This document shows positions 43,122 through 57,331 of a DNA stretch of 64,000 nt, in pieces. Both the position numbers and the translations under genes were made by a program. The stretch's first letter is position 1. The number at the start of each line of letters is the position of its first letter. The notes beneath the pieces are model-generated. The model saw nothing but the letters and a program-made list of their open reading frames with translations, ran no database searches and was not told the origin of the DNA. Source of the stretch: Orbicella franksi (Eukaryota); contig OZ116705.1 of assembly GCA_964199315.1 (NCBI GenBank), forward strand, positions 11,470,001-11,534,000. The letters run 5' to 3'.

Positions 43122-44554
43122 TTCAGTCGGTAAATTTCAATTTTCATGCTTGCCGCCCAAAGAGTTGTCAAAAAATCAAACTTTTTTGTGCACTGTTAAA
43201 ACCCGTGCTGGTCACTGATCAGAGTGATACCCGTGATTTTCAAGCACCCGTGATGGTCGTCTCGGACATGCCTCTCTTGACCGTCACGGGATCGTCACAT
43301 AACTATACAGTGGAAGCCCACCTTACCATGTCAGTTTTTTTTTCTGGCCGGAGCAAAAGTTCATCCGGTCATTGTTTTCTTTAAAGAACGCCGTAAATAA
43401 GGTTCCCCCGTCAATACGAACAGATTTTTGTGGCGCGTTGGCGACCGCATTAACGAGGTTCCACTTTAATTGGGAAATTAATTTTCACGGCTTTGAGCCG
43501 GATATACCTCAACTGAAAAATTGTCCAATATTGCAAAACGCGAATGTCCCCCTCTAAAATCAAAGGGTGTTTGGAGAAGTTTTTCACGATTTAGGCTACA
43601 AAGGAGCCACCCAACGGAGGAAAGATACTTGAAAAATTTCTCAAGTGCGTCCTGGGCCTAATAACAAGTAATTCCTTTTTCTGAAGTTTCTCCGGTTTCC
43701 GTTAACAGTATCCATTGTTCCTTTGAACCAATTTGAATAATATTCCTTACTTCCTCGAAGTAAATGACCATGTTCCTTAATTTGTACCCCATTACCAAGA
43801 GCGAGCACTCAGTAAGCCTAAACTCTGTAGCCGCTACAGAAAAAAACTGATGAAGACAAGCAGAATAAACAGCAGTTTTACTGACTCTGAAATCTATATG
43901 CAACGTAACAAGATAGTCTGCTGAATCTAATTAAATCGAATAAAATATTCTATTACACTCTTTATTTGATAAGAATACATATTATACGAAATTTTAAGAA
44001 TATTTTATGAATAAACCCGAGGCTGAGATTTTGAAAAGAATCTAACTTTGTGCGTTAATAGAATTACTGTATATGATTTTAACTAAACCGTATAAAATTC
44101 AAAACCAGCACTAGCCGTATGTTTAATGCAAATAACATTTCTTGCCGCTGTTTGCATTTTATTTCTTGTTAAATTGAAATGGCCAAAGAAGAAGAGTGTT
44201 TCTGGAAGAGGTTATGAGTGTCATATCCAGTATTTATTGCGTGCAGTCTGACTCCAAAATTACCATCCAGACACCGAAAACATTCGAAAGTAGAACTGGC
44301 ATTACGCTATAATCTAAGAATATTCACAAGAATATTTTCAGCCAGACCCCCATTCAAATTTTAACGGTTATACTTTTGAAAATGTATGTTGACTAGCATA
44401 CGAAACGTCAAGTTCATAAAATGCATGTTTTTGAAATGTTTATCAGCGCTGTTTGTTTTAAATTTGTAATCAAGCAGCGATGGCTGAAGACCAAGAGTTT
44501 ATAGGTACCAAAACAGCTTTTTTAACCCCTAAAAGTTACATGGTCCTTACATGG

Positions 44555-44955
44555 TCTGGTTTCGCCCATGGCGAGTTCCGCCCCACCGTGTTCGTCTCCA
44601 CTATAAAATTTCTATTTCGAGTTCGCCTCCAACTTTTCGAGTTCGCCCCAAAATTTTGTGTTGTGACGTAGTTGTTATCGAGTTATTAAACGTTTTCGAA
44701 GAACCATTTCAGTCTATGTATGTTTGATAAGATTGGTTGATGATTGTTTCGCTTGTTGTATCTCGCCATCAGGGAGTCTCGCCACCAGGCGAAGTCACCT
44801 CGCCACCAAGCGAAGTTTCCTCACCACCAGTATACTAATAAGGCAGTGGATAAAAGAACGAGGAATAATCTGTATATGCGACTCGATCTGGTTGGGGACG
44901 AACTCGATCAAGTTCAGTCGATGTGGGGGCGAACTCGCCATGGGGCGAAACCGGC
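44555..44955. mobile_element. MITE with ~30-bp TIRs and internal CTCGCCACCA repeats
   Basis: ggtttcgcccatggcgagttccgccccac vs revcomp ggtttcgccccatggcgagttcgcccccac. Confidence 0.75.
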
Positions 44956-45570
44956 AGCTACCTTTTTATTTAGGAGCCCCCATGGGGTTTAAACATACTC
45001 AGCCGGCCAGGACACAGGTATACTGTGTAGGAGATATTTTTGTTTTAGCACTCAAAAACCTGCCGTAGTGAGGGGGAAACAGTCCGTGATCGCCACGTAT
45101 CATCAGGCTTTAGGGGGTTTCCCGCAACTCGCAAAGTTAAATAGAGCCTCTGGCACCCAGTGTACTAAACTTGACTCGCGGATCAGGCGTTTTTTGACTT
45201 TTGCAGTTTATTCGAGCCTGGAGTTTATTAGAGTTTTTATTCATTATCAGTTAGAGCTTAAAATATCTTATAATTACATGTATACCTAAAGCTTACTGTA
45301 ACTCGAATATAAATTCCTTGAGGGTCTTATTTAGGAATCTACGTGGGAGACCGGGCGTTTATTCGAGACCCGATGTTTAATCCTCCACGCGTTGCCCTAC
45401 CCTACCCGTGACAAATGCTTATGTCGTTATCTTCTACCCAGAATTCAACGGAACAAAATACTGCAATCGAGGCTCAGTTGGCTTGGGTAGGGTTTGATCA
45501 TTTGTAGACGCTCCGAGATTTTGTTTTGCTTGAAGGTCCACATCCAAATTACCACTTATTCTGCAGCACT

Positions 45571-48500
45571 ATGGGGAAGTCAAGCACGCTGCACTGTGAA
45601 GTTCAACTGCTAGATGACCAAAGTACAGTTTTGGACCTAGATGTAAGCTTTTTCTATTTTGTAAACGAGTATTTTGGTTCCAAAATGGTGGATATAATGT
45701 TAGTTTGTATGCAGCGATAAGTTTATGTTTGCTAATAATTACCAATAGTTCGCGATCCTGTGTTATTCTTCTGTGGCTATGAACTACAAAATGAAATTGC
45801 AAAATTTCACAGAATATATAATATTGAGAGTCTTGCAGAAAGATCCGATGCGATGTTGATGAAATTTTTTCGGATTCGCATATGATCACATGGAAGTCTT
45901 TTGTCTTTGCATAGACATATTCCCGTCGAATAATTCTGTAAATTGACAAATTTACCAGGATATTGGAATAATTCGCTTGCTTGGAAAATGTGTAAACTAG
46001 CGTATTTGTGGTATGCGTCCAGCAGTAGTTACTGGCATACAATAGCTGATTGTGTTAACCGTGCTATGACTACAGCTGTAAATAAATTTTCATTTCAAAG
46101 AAGCCGTTACGTTGAAAACATTCCTGAAGGAAAAAAGCTTCTTTTAAACCCAGACAGAGTGATGATAGATCTTTCTGATCCTATCTGATCTTACATTGAG
46201 TTGTGGTCGTTAATTCTTAACCCTGGAAAATTTTTTATGACCTTCATACAAATTTAAAAACAAGCCATTCGTTGATCATAAATTTGCTGGTGTTTGCCAA
46301 TCAAGAACAGGCCTAGAAGTTATCGAATGTCTGCTCTATTAGTACAAGGTTGAAATAATATTTGTTGACATGTTGTCTGTTTGGCAGTTAGCTTTTATCT
46401 GAAACTGATATCCCAACTTCTGGGTTTCTAGCAAAATGATTATTAATAGTTGAAAATTACCGTCAATTAAAATAGCAAAGTGCCTCTCAGCTGTTCAAAG
46501 GGCAAGGAACCAAAGTTTCCCATTATTTTTTTTTTTACATGTAAAATGTACTTTGATCAATCCATCTTCAAACCCAGGAGATTACTGTTTATTTTTCTCT
46601 GAAAACTGTGTACATAATAGAGGCAAACTGTATTTTATGTACAGTGTTTACACGGGGGTCTGGTCTGGTCTGAAGTCCAACCAAACAATTATTATTATTT
46701 TTTGTCTAATTATACTTTCTATAAAGTCAAAATACTTAGAAATTAACCGCTAAAAAAGAGATGCAATGTTATAGAATTGTGATATTGAGTTGAATGTACA
46801 CGTAGATCAGTAAAATCTTTTGTGCAGGGAGTGGTCTTTGTCCTAATTACCAGTTTAAGTCACTTGTTTGTAATATTATTTGCAGAAAAATGCAAAGGGT
46901 CAAGTTTTGTTTGACAAGATCTGTGAGAAAATTGAAGTTGCTGAGAAGGATTACTTTGGTTTGCGATACATTGACGAAAAGGATGGGCAGGTATTTCACC
47001 ATAAAATACATTAATTAACATTTTCCAAATACAGTGGAATCCCAATTTTTTGAACCTCAAAGGGAAACAAAACTTGGTTTGAAAAATCAGGGAGTTTAAG
47101 AAATCAAAATCAGCTTTAGTTTAATGAGAAGTTCACTCTTGGTTGCAGTATAATTGGTTGGACCCATTGAGGCCTATCAAGAAACAGCTCAAGCACGGTA
47201 AGGCTTGTACATGGATTCATAATTCCTTTTTTAACCAAACATAGTGTACATTTTGTCCTTTTCTATACAATATGTTACTTAGAAGTTTTTTTGTTGGACT
47301 ATTGTGAGTTAGGCTCGTCAAGGTAGTTTGTAAAAAGAAAGATTGTAGTCAGGCAGTCCTACATGTACATATAACTTACACTTTAATCTGTAGATAATCT
47401 GTAGAACTCTGTGTGTTCATGTAGACAGCTGTTACTTGAAATGTTATTGCAAATAATTTGATGGCCATTTTTCTAGGCCTGGTGAAACTAATGTAAAAGT
47501 ATACATACAGCAACATTGTATATGTACAACCCAGTGTTTTGTTAAAATAAACTGGAAGATATAAAGTTAAAAAAAGTTAAATCAGGCCTGTGGACAAATT
47601 CTGGAATTTATCCTCCTAGTTCAAAAGGAGAATTTTTTTTCTTTATAGAACCATATCATTTCTACTTTGCTGTCAAGTTTTATCCACCCAACCCAACTGC
47701 TCTTGTTGAAGATATCACAAGGTAAGAAAATAAGATAATAAATTATTGTAACAGAGTGGCTTTCATTTGAGTGTTGAAAAGTAATTGGGTTAATTCGCAT
47801 TTCTACGTTTCACGATTGGCTTTAAAAACTCTCGCCACTTGTCATCCAATCAGAAGTAAAACCAAAACCAATCTTAATTTGCTTGTACACATCTTTCCAT
47901 CCTTCACATCAGCTATTTGTATTTGCTTTGAGTTTTGATTGGTTCACTGTGTTGTCTATGTCCTTTGTGATTGGCTAGAGCAATTACTCTGGGCTTGGTT
48001 TTATGACACTCAATTGAAAACCGCTTTAGTGTAATAACAAATCAGTGTTTTTGCTTTGTTTTGTTTTTTGTTTTTTGTTTTTTTGTATGTTAATTTCTTT
48101 TTGAGTGGTAAATAGATGTAAATTTACAGCACTGCTCAAAAGTAAGTTAGCACCCTCTCCAGAGACTAGACTCTCATACCACGAGACAAGACACGCGTCT
48201 TGCAAGAGCTGTAAAAAACTGTCAATACAACTGCTTGAACTTCTTGTGAGATTTTGATAGCCTATTGTAAAGCAATCATGCAGCAGCACCAAAGAAACAA
48301 CACAGGAAAACTTTGCGCTCTCTGAGGAAGCTTTACTTTTGAGTGCCACCTGAACTCTGTTGCCTACAATGTTCATGAGAGATTGAACTCTTAAAATTTT
48401 GAAATCTACATGGCTTGGGAATGATATCTGTGAATATATGCTACAAATTTTTATGTTTCAAATCAAAAACATTATTGTTTGTCACTTCCACAGTGTTAAG

Positions 48501-51500
48501 ACCTGTACACTGAAATTGCTACCCAGTCTTTTCACGGTTTGAACAGGTGGAAGTACAGACCGTGTAGACTATCAGACTATAATTGTGGTTGTTCATACTT
48601 ACAGTATATGACCTTTATGTGTAATTTTATTCTGAGCAGACCAACATTATTTCATGTAGTATTTATCAGTTTAATTATTAAGTACTTTTGTGTAGGTACT
48701 TGATGGTTTTACAACTCAGAGAAGATCTTCTTAAAGGAAGGTAAGAAGGATGAAAGGCACTAATTAAGAATAAGACTAGGAGCAGCTTTCTATCGCTCAT
48801 AGAAAACGAGGCATAACCAAGTTGGTTATCGCTAATAGAAAACAAAGGCGAGTAGTCTAATTATTGTATTAGTAGATGCTCTAGAGGAGTACCGCACAAA
48901 ACCAAGTACAATTTTTGTATTTTTAAGCCTAGAATTTAGAATAATGTTAATAAAGTTTCAATAGCGGTGTGTGCATGAACGTTGTCCATCAGGGAATAGA
49001 AAACTATGCGAGAACCAATCAGATCCACAGATTTCCAATAGGACACAGTTGAGTAGCTACAAATTTTAAATATGACCTTGGGTCACTATTGCCATAATTA
49101 TAATTACATGTACATGTGATATTTAGTTATTATTTTATTTTGTTGGAATGGTTTGAGTGGCCTGTACAATCTTGTACATGACTGAAAAACATCTTAAGAT
49201 GTACTTATGAACAGTGCAAAATTATTATTGCCAAGATGAATTATGAAAATGATTGTAACTGAACAGACACTCCCTTAAATGAGTACTGTGACTGCCGGCA
49301 AATACCAACACTAGATTTCAATTGCCCATTCTTGAATATGATACCTAATTTCCCAATAAACCTCATGTCCCAGTCCTGATGGTAAAGTAATGTAAAGAGC
49401 AGGTTTTTAGCCAGGATTTGAAAAGCGGGTGTCGAAAATGTGCAATAGGGTCTGCTTAAATGAACAATTTATAAGGCAACGTGAACAATATAACAATTTT
49501 CTTTAAAAACTGGTGTCCACCGGCTGCCTGGACACCTATGGTAAAGAGCATCAAAGAAGTTATTTGAGTTATGTTCCCTTTTTGTAGATTGCAATGCTCT
49601 GTTCCTATCCATGCTCTTCTTGGTTCATTTGTTGTGCAAGGTAAAGTCAGTTCACACATTTTTAGAAAGTTTATTTTACAAAATCAAAAATGATTTTGTA
49701 ATTATTGTTAAAACTGGGTACCATCTTTAGGTTACATGTAGATCGCCACTTAAATGCTCGTTGGCTTGATGTCTTAAGAACAGACAGAAGGGTCTTGTCT
49801 GAAATTCAATTTCCAGAGGTGCTAGATAGAGAGAAGGGGAAGGTTTGTTAATAACAACTTTTTGAACAATGCCCTACAATTTAGATCTGTACTCTTAAAT
49901 GGAGCCAAACAAAACCTGCCAACTACTGAAAAACATATTTTGTTATTATTCGTTTATTTACTATACAGTATCGAAAGTATTGTGAACAACAGACTATTAT
50001 TTTCTTTTAAGTTAACATGTGAATGTACAACTCGCTTACAGACTCTATTACTTTTGGTACACTTTGTATTTGTTGTGTCTAAACTGTCTCATGTATTATA
50101 AAATTGTTTTTGTAGCTGAAGTTGGAGACTATGACCCTGATGAGCATGGAGAAGGTGCAGGATATCTTTCAGAGTTTAAATTCTGTCCTAAACAGGTACT
50201 AAAACTGTAAAAATGTTCATTACCCTTTAATAATTATATCGATTTAGCCTAGCCTAAAAATGATTCTGGTCAAGAGATGCCTTGTTTTGACAGCTGTCAA
50301 TTCACCATAACATACAGTAGATGTCCAATATCAAAGATGTGCGCTGTAAACCAAGGCAGCATGCTTCGCTCCACCTATTAGCTGGAGTATGGCCACCATG
50401 TTGCACAATGCTGTTGTTGTTTTTCATCGTAGCATGCACACACATGCAATCCAAGTTGACCATGAAAAAGCCATGTTGACCATGAAAAAAGAGTTGCATG
50501 GTTATCTATTTCTTTGCATGCATGTGGTTCTGTTCCTATCTATAGTCATGGTACTCCACTTGGCTGCTGGAGCTCCGCTACTTATACATTGTTTAACATG
50601 ATCAATGAATAATATCTCCCAGTTCTGACAACAGGCAGAGTGGACAGGTGATGAGAATAAAAAAGAAATAATCAATTGGGATATGCTGTCTTGATATACA
50701 CAGTGTACATATATGTACTACCACTAAATTCTCAACAAATGGTAAAAGATACTTCTATCCATTAGTAATTCTATAGATATGAACATTTAACATAGACAAA
50801 GTCAGGTGTTTTAATGGCAAATAGAACACTCATAGAATTCATATGAAACTACATCCAGGACTCACGTGGCGTAATTTCCGTGTTCTCACCAGTGAGGATA
50901 TTGATGATGTCATTTTTTATTTTTCCGGTTGTTTGTGCAAACAGTCAGTTTGTGTAAATATGAAAATTATATGGTGGCTGGAAGATATGAATTGTATTTT
51001 CTCATGTTTAAAACAATATTTTACTCGTTTGCTGTGCTCATTCATAAAAATAATATGCTTTTGGCCACTAGGAAGTAAAATTCATATCTGCGTGCTGCTG
51101 TGTAATATCCCCTATGAAAATGTAAACTGTATAATGAAGACTGTATAATTATGTGTATTGAAGGATGAAGCCACTGTGGCGAGTGGTACTGCATTTTCTG
51201 GTGGTAAGATGTCAGTCTGCTGTTAAATATACCTTTTAGTTACATTTGTAAAGTTTCTACTGTAGTAATGAAAATACCTTTCTTGATTATTTCTGTAGCC
51301 AGATGAGATGCTTCAGAAAGTACATGAGTTTCACAAGAAACACAGGTCAGATTTGCCCCCACTTCTGTAATACAGTGGGCAGTTCCAGAAAATATCCATA
51401 CTCCCCTTACAGAAGGGATTGGAATTTCCCGGGGGCGGGGTGTGGGTGGGGTGGGGGGTTCTGTAAGACCAAAAAATTTAAAGAAATGTACATGTTTGAA

Positions 51501-54500
51501 GCTTAATTGGAATTTCGAGACAGTGGGTGGGGGGATCTTGGGGAAAAAAATCCCTTCTAGGAGGGAGGTGTGGATATTTTTTGGAACTACACACTGTACT
51601 AAGCAAAGGGAATACTGTACATCTGAATTTTGTCAAAATTAACTAAACTTCAATGTCACAAGAACCAAAAGATTTCACTGTCCATGACCACAAACTACAC
51701 ATACTGTACAGTCAAACTTCCAGCTCCCATAAGCGACCACCCAAAATGCCAAGCCTAGGTGGTTGCTTACGGGAGGTGGTGGCTTACGAGAGCTTATCTA
51801 ACCCTCTTGGGTCAAATTGTTGCCTCACTAGCATATGGTAACTCCATGCATCAGTGCCCATCTAAACCCATATTAGCATTTAGCAGCCACAAAAAAACTT
51901 AATCTTCCCAAAATTTTCCCAAAACTTTTCCCAGTGGTATTTTATTCAGAGTATCATGGTATGCTTCTGGTATACTTCAACGCCTTATTATCCAATTTCC
52001 GCTCTATTATCTGTCAAGTGGTCACTTGTGGGAGGTTAAAGACAAGAGAAAATTTCAAACGTTTAGCTCTAAAAGTGGTCATGGTCAGTTAACTTGGAAA
52101 CCTTTGGTATTTTGGAAAACTGGTCACTTAGGAGAAGTGGTCGCAACCCGAAGTTCAACTGTATATGTAAACACACTGTTACCAGGCCCTGTCAGATTTG
52201 CAATGAAGTACATTAGCTCTGTGGCTTTCTCTCTGTACCTGTACAGCATACACTATAGACTATAATGCTAGTTGAATATCTGTTGACACTGTACATTTAT
52301 GAAATGAATATATCAACCCTTTTGCACCCTTTTAATTTTGCAGTGTGGTAGTGATCATTATTTTATGTTACACTGTACCTGCACATCCAGCTTCTCCCAG
52401 TAATTGCAATTTCAAATCAGGCACATGACAGTGACTGTTCTTTTCAGCTGTTCATGTATGTGTGAATGGGTTAATGGCAGATTAGAGTGGATTGTAATAG
52501 TATCTGAAATTATTAGACATTTGAAGGAAATGTGGTATTATTTTATCTCTTTACAAGTGAATACGTGAAAGATCATATATTTGAACTGTAGAGAGATATA
52601 TGAAAACATGATTGGTCATCACAGTTGTATGCACAACTTAAGCAATTGTGAAATTAAGCCAGAAAAAAAATCAGACTTGAATGGGATATGAACCCGTGAC
52701 CTCTGTGATACTGATACAGTGCTCTACCAACTGAGTTCTCAAGCCAAGTGGGAGCTGGTCACATTGTGAGTTCATATTATACAGGCCATAGATGGTGAAG
52801 AATACAAGTGAATATATGAAAGATTGTATATTTGAACTGCGGAGAAAGATATGAAGAATTTTTTTCAAGCTTAATTTCACAACTGCTTAAGTTGTGTACA
52901 TATAGATGCAATGATCAATCATGTCTTCATATCTTTCTCTGCAATCAGATCATAACTAAGAACCAATCCAAATGCAAGAATAATTCAACACATTAGATAA
53001 AACTGACTAACATTCAATTCCTACTCTTTAGGGGAATGACACCAGAGGATGCTGAGTTGCAGTATTTGGATAATGCCAGAAAGCTTCCCCTGTATGGAGT
53101 TGACCTCCATCAAGCTGTGGTGTGTAACATTTCATTTTGTGCCAATGAGTTAAAGGAACTTAAAGGAGCTCAGTCACGGTGTTTTGTCTTTTTTTGGCTG
53201 CATACAAAATCTCCTTTAAATGGAAGGAAACTTGAAAATAATAGTTTACTAAGATAGATAAACATCAAAGAGATAATAATAAACCATAAAGGAACAAGGA
53301 TGGTCAAGGATGGCGAAGATTGACATGGATTGCAAACAACAAATTTGAAAAATTTAGGCTAAACTTTTCAAAATGTGCAAACTGTAACTGGGCTCCTTTA
53401 AGACTGGTTCGCACTCATGAGATAAGCACAAACTTGAGTGCAATCATAATCACAAGTATAAGAGTATAAGCACAAAAAAAAGAAAAATTATCCTTTTTCT
53501 TTTGCTTACACGTATGCTTAATTCGCTAGTGTTATGTTTATTTCACAAGTGCAAACTGACAGGAAATAAGTACAAGCTAAGCCCAAGAATTCAACTAATC
53601 ACTGTCTTGTTTCTCCAGCAATGTAACTCTCACTGTGCATGCGTATGCTGCTACTGTGAACGTCCTTGTGCTTGTGCTTGTATTTACATGTGCATTGTGC
53701 CTCAAAAGTGTGAACCAAGCTTCACAGTTTCATGTGAGACATTTCTTGCGTGCATGACAAGAGTGATTGATCAATGTGTGTTACTGACTTTTAAGATCAC
53801 TTTTTGCAACTAATAAAAGTTCCTTAAGGGCCCATTAACCGATCTTTTCGAGCTGTTGCAAGGGAAAATTTATTCTCATATAACCTCGTCATTTTTAGTT
53901 ACTTCAGAGTTATTTCATGTGTTTTAACTTTTTCATGATCAGCAACACTAGTGTTGGCGTCATGAGGCCACACCCATGGTCATGTGACTAATACTGAAAA
54001 AACGCAAAGGCTCCCAGGCAAATTACCTTATCGGATTGTTTTTCATTGATTTAATATTTTAATTTAAATCCTCATTACGCTATGCATGGATTTTGTTTCA
54101 TTTCTAAAAGGTCGGATTTTGAGAGAACTTCAAAATATTAAAAAGTTCGTAATTTTCTGAAAAAAGCATGATTTTGAAAAAGGAATGTATAGCTATGTTT
54201 CCAACGTTGGCTTTAATCAAAATCCGTCAAAAAAGGCTGGATTTAAAGAAAAACTGCATTTCCTTTAGCATTTAAAGAAACTGGAAGTGCACCCGATATA
54301 TATTGGAAGTTACCCTATCAGCGCGTGCACAATTTACACTACCAGCACACTTTGGTAAGATAAAACAAAGCCACATGGAGTTTGTTTTTCTCCTTGTATT
54401 GCTCTTGTTTTTCTTATTTTGTCTTTGCTTGTACTTTTTTTACTTTGCATTTTGTGAAACCCAAAGAAAAACATCTAAAATGGGAGCAAATTTGGAAGTT

Positions 54501-57295
54501 ATTGATTTTTTATTTTCTGCGCTGAGGCTGACGTAAGTAACCGGAAGTGGAATTTCACCTCCTTAGCAACGCACGCAAGTGCGCACATAAATCGGTTAAT
54601 GGGTCCTTAAAAGAGAAAATTATTCACACTGTAATGCCAGAAGACTGAAAGTAACTTTGGTAAAGGTGGGCTATTGATTTTAAGAAAAGAGTTATATGAA
54701 CCACAGAAAATGGAAAAAGTTGCAAAGAAATTTAATGTCAAGAAATTTAATATCTCCAAGTGTAGTCAAAAGAAAATTATGGCAGTAGTTATCAAATTCA
54801 TGGAGGCATGGTGGCCTCATGGCCAGTGTGCTCAGCTCCGGATCAAGCGGTCCAGGTTTGAGCTCTGACTGGGGACACTGTGTTGTGTTCTTGGGCAAGA
54901 CACTATCACAGTGCCTCTCTCCACCCAGTTGTATAAATGGGTACTGGCAAACTTAATGCTAAGGGTAACCTTGCAATGGACTAGCATCCCATTCAGGGGG
55001 GAGCAGAAATACTCCTAGTCGCTTCATGCCACAGAAACAGGGATAAGCTCCAGTTTGATGGACCCCTTGGCTTGCATGCTGACTTTACCCTTATTATACT
55101 TACAGTACTTAGTTATAAATTAATTTTAATTCTTTTATGCTGTTTTTGAGTTGTTGCAATTTTTGATGAAAGATGTTCTTTAATAGGATTTAATTTTATC
55201 AAAGGGGATGTATGGATAAACCTTAATTACAGTGTTAGTAGCTTCTTTTGAGTTTCTGTGACAACTTGTAAAGGAAATATTCAAAAATTTCCCCTTTTTC
55301 GTGGCTGGTAACTGTAGGCAGCAAATAAATAATATACTTCTACCAGAAGGAAACGCTCCTAATGTGATTGTTCCAAATGTGTTTCAGGATGCAGAAGGGC
55401 AGCCTGTGATTATTGGTGTGTCTGCATGGGGTATTCACATCTTCCACAACAACCGACTGATTAACAAATTTGTTTGGTAAGTAGGGAAATCATGCAGGCT
55501 TTGAAATGGAGGGCTTTTTCCAAGCTGTCACTAAGGGCCATAACCCATACCACCTGCTGCAGCTGAGTATGTTTGATGGGCCCTTGATGTTACGGATGAA
55601 CTGGCCTATAGTTGATATAATTCAAGTAAAAGGTAACAAGTTTGTTACAGGTGTGAAAATCAACGCTTCAGTTGATGCAAAAGTTAATGACAGCCCTGTT
55701 TTTAACAGACAAGTTAAACATTATTGACTGACTCAGCTTTACTTGTACAATTATGTACATGTCCTGCAGCCAAAAATGGCAAAATAATTGAAAGTGCATG
55801 GTTGTGCATGTGTAGTACAGTACTCCATGCTTTTCTTTGCAAAGGGAAGTCAGTTATACCCATAATTGTCTTGTCTTTTTATTGGCAGAGTCAACGATCT
55901 TATTACTGGAAACATTTTTTTAGTGATATTTGGTCACTCTTGATTTTCTGGAATTTGAAAAAAAAATGCAATGCATCTTTCTTATTTTGTTTTTGTGTAT
56001 GATTATACTTGTACAGTATAAGGTATCATGCATAATTTATTATGTTTGGGAAATTATTAGACTCTGTATGTTAACATGCCATGTTTGAAAGTTTTTTTTT
56101 ATGTTTTCTGTGGCTATAACCCCTTATGGTACATTAGGCAGAAGTTGCTTTTGACCAAAGTTGAGGAACTAAAATTTTAATGTGTGTATCTTGTGATTTT
56201 GTAACAGGCCCAAGATTGTGAAAATTGCCTTCAAAAAGAAGAAGTTTACATTAACAATCAGACCAGCAAGTGAGGTAAACTTGCCGTAATAATTTTGTCT
56301 TTAATAAATGTCTTTGTACTTACAGTAATTGCTACATGTAGATTTTACTTTTGAATAAAACTCATGTATATATTATTTTTATTGCCTGTCTCATACATTT
56401 TATTTTCTTGCTTACTAATAATATCACATTGTATTTCTTTCTTTACAATACTACACTACAGAGTGATTACTATGTTGCAACAGTGTTGAGCTTCAAGCTT
56501 GGTAGTTTGAGGGCCACGAAAAGACTGTGGAAAGTCGGAGTGGAAAACCACTCATTTTTTAGATTGTCGCAGGCTGATCTGCCCCCTAAAGATGTGGGAT
56601 TCATCAAACTTGGTTCCAAGTTTAGATACAGGTCTGTTGGGAAACTAATTAATGATTCATACATGTACATGTAATCTTGATAAACCCATACAGTTTACTT
56701 TATGTGCTTTTGACAAGAGAGTACACTACATTACCTACTGAGTAAATTCCAAAATCCTTCAATTTTGTAGCACGTACGTATTTTTCATTCTCATCAATCA
56801 ATGTGCTTCTGATCATGGCCTCCCATTTATAGTGAACAAGGAATGGCTACATGTATGAATAAAACTCACTGAGTGCACATTATCCTTTTTTAATGAGAAT
56901 GAAGATGTATACACCTGATATTCATTAGTGCATATAGGGAGTGGTAAATTGATACTTATGTTTTGTTTAAATTTTGCAGTCAGTTTGACCTTTATTTTTA
57001 ATTGTCTTACAATTTTTTTTTTTTCGAATTCAGAGGAAAATAAAAACAAAACTGGGTTGAAACAATTATTATCTTTGACCAAAAGTTAATTCAAACCATA
57101 ACAGGTGTATCATGTGTTGCACAGTGTTTAAATTTTTTTCATGTTTTTCTTTCTTGCTGTAGCTTACATGTATGTGTACATGTATATTATCTTTGGAGCA
57201 GAGTTCCTACCATTGAACTAAATGTGATGCTGTATTTTACCTCCACTACACTGTAGATGGAGATTGATTGACTGACTGACTCGTACATTTACTGG

Positions 57296-57331
<36 letters not shown>

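Noticed and set aside
52674-52745. tRNA gene
   Set aside because: Degenerate B box, poor acceptor stem, and embedded in a longer repeat; it is a SINE head.
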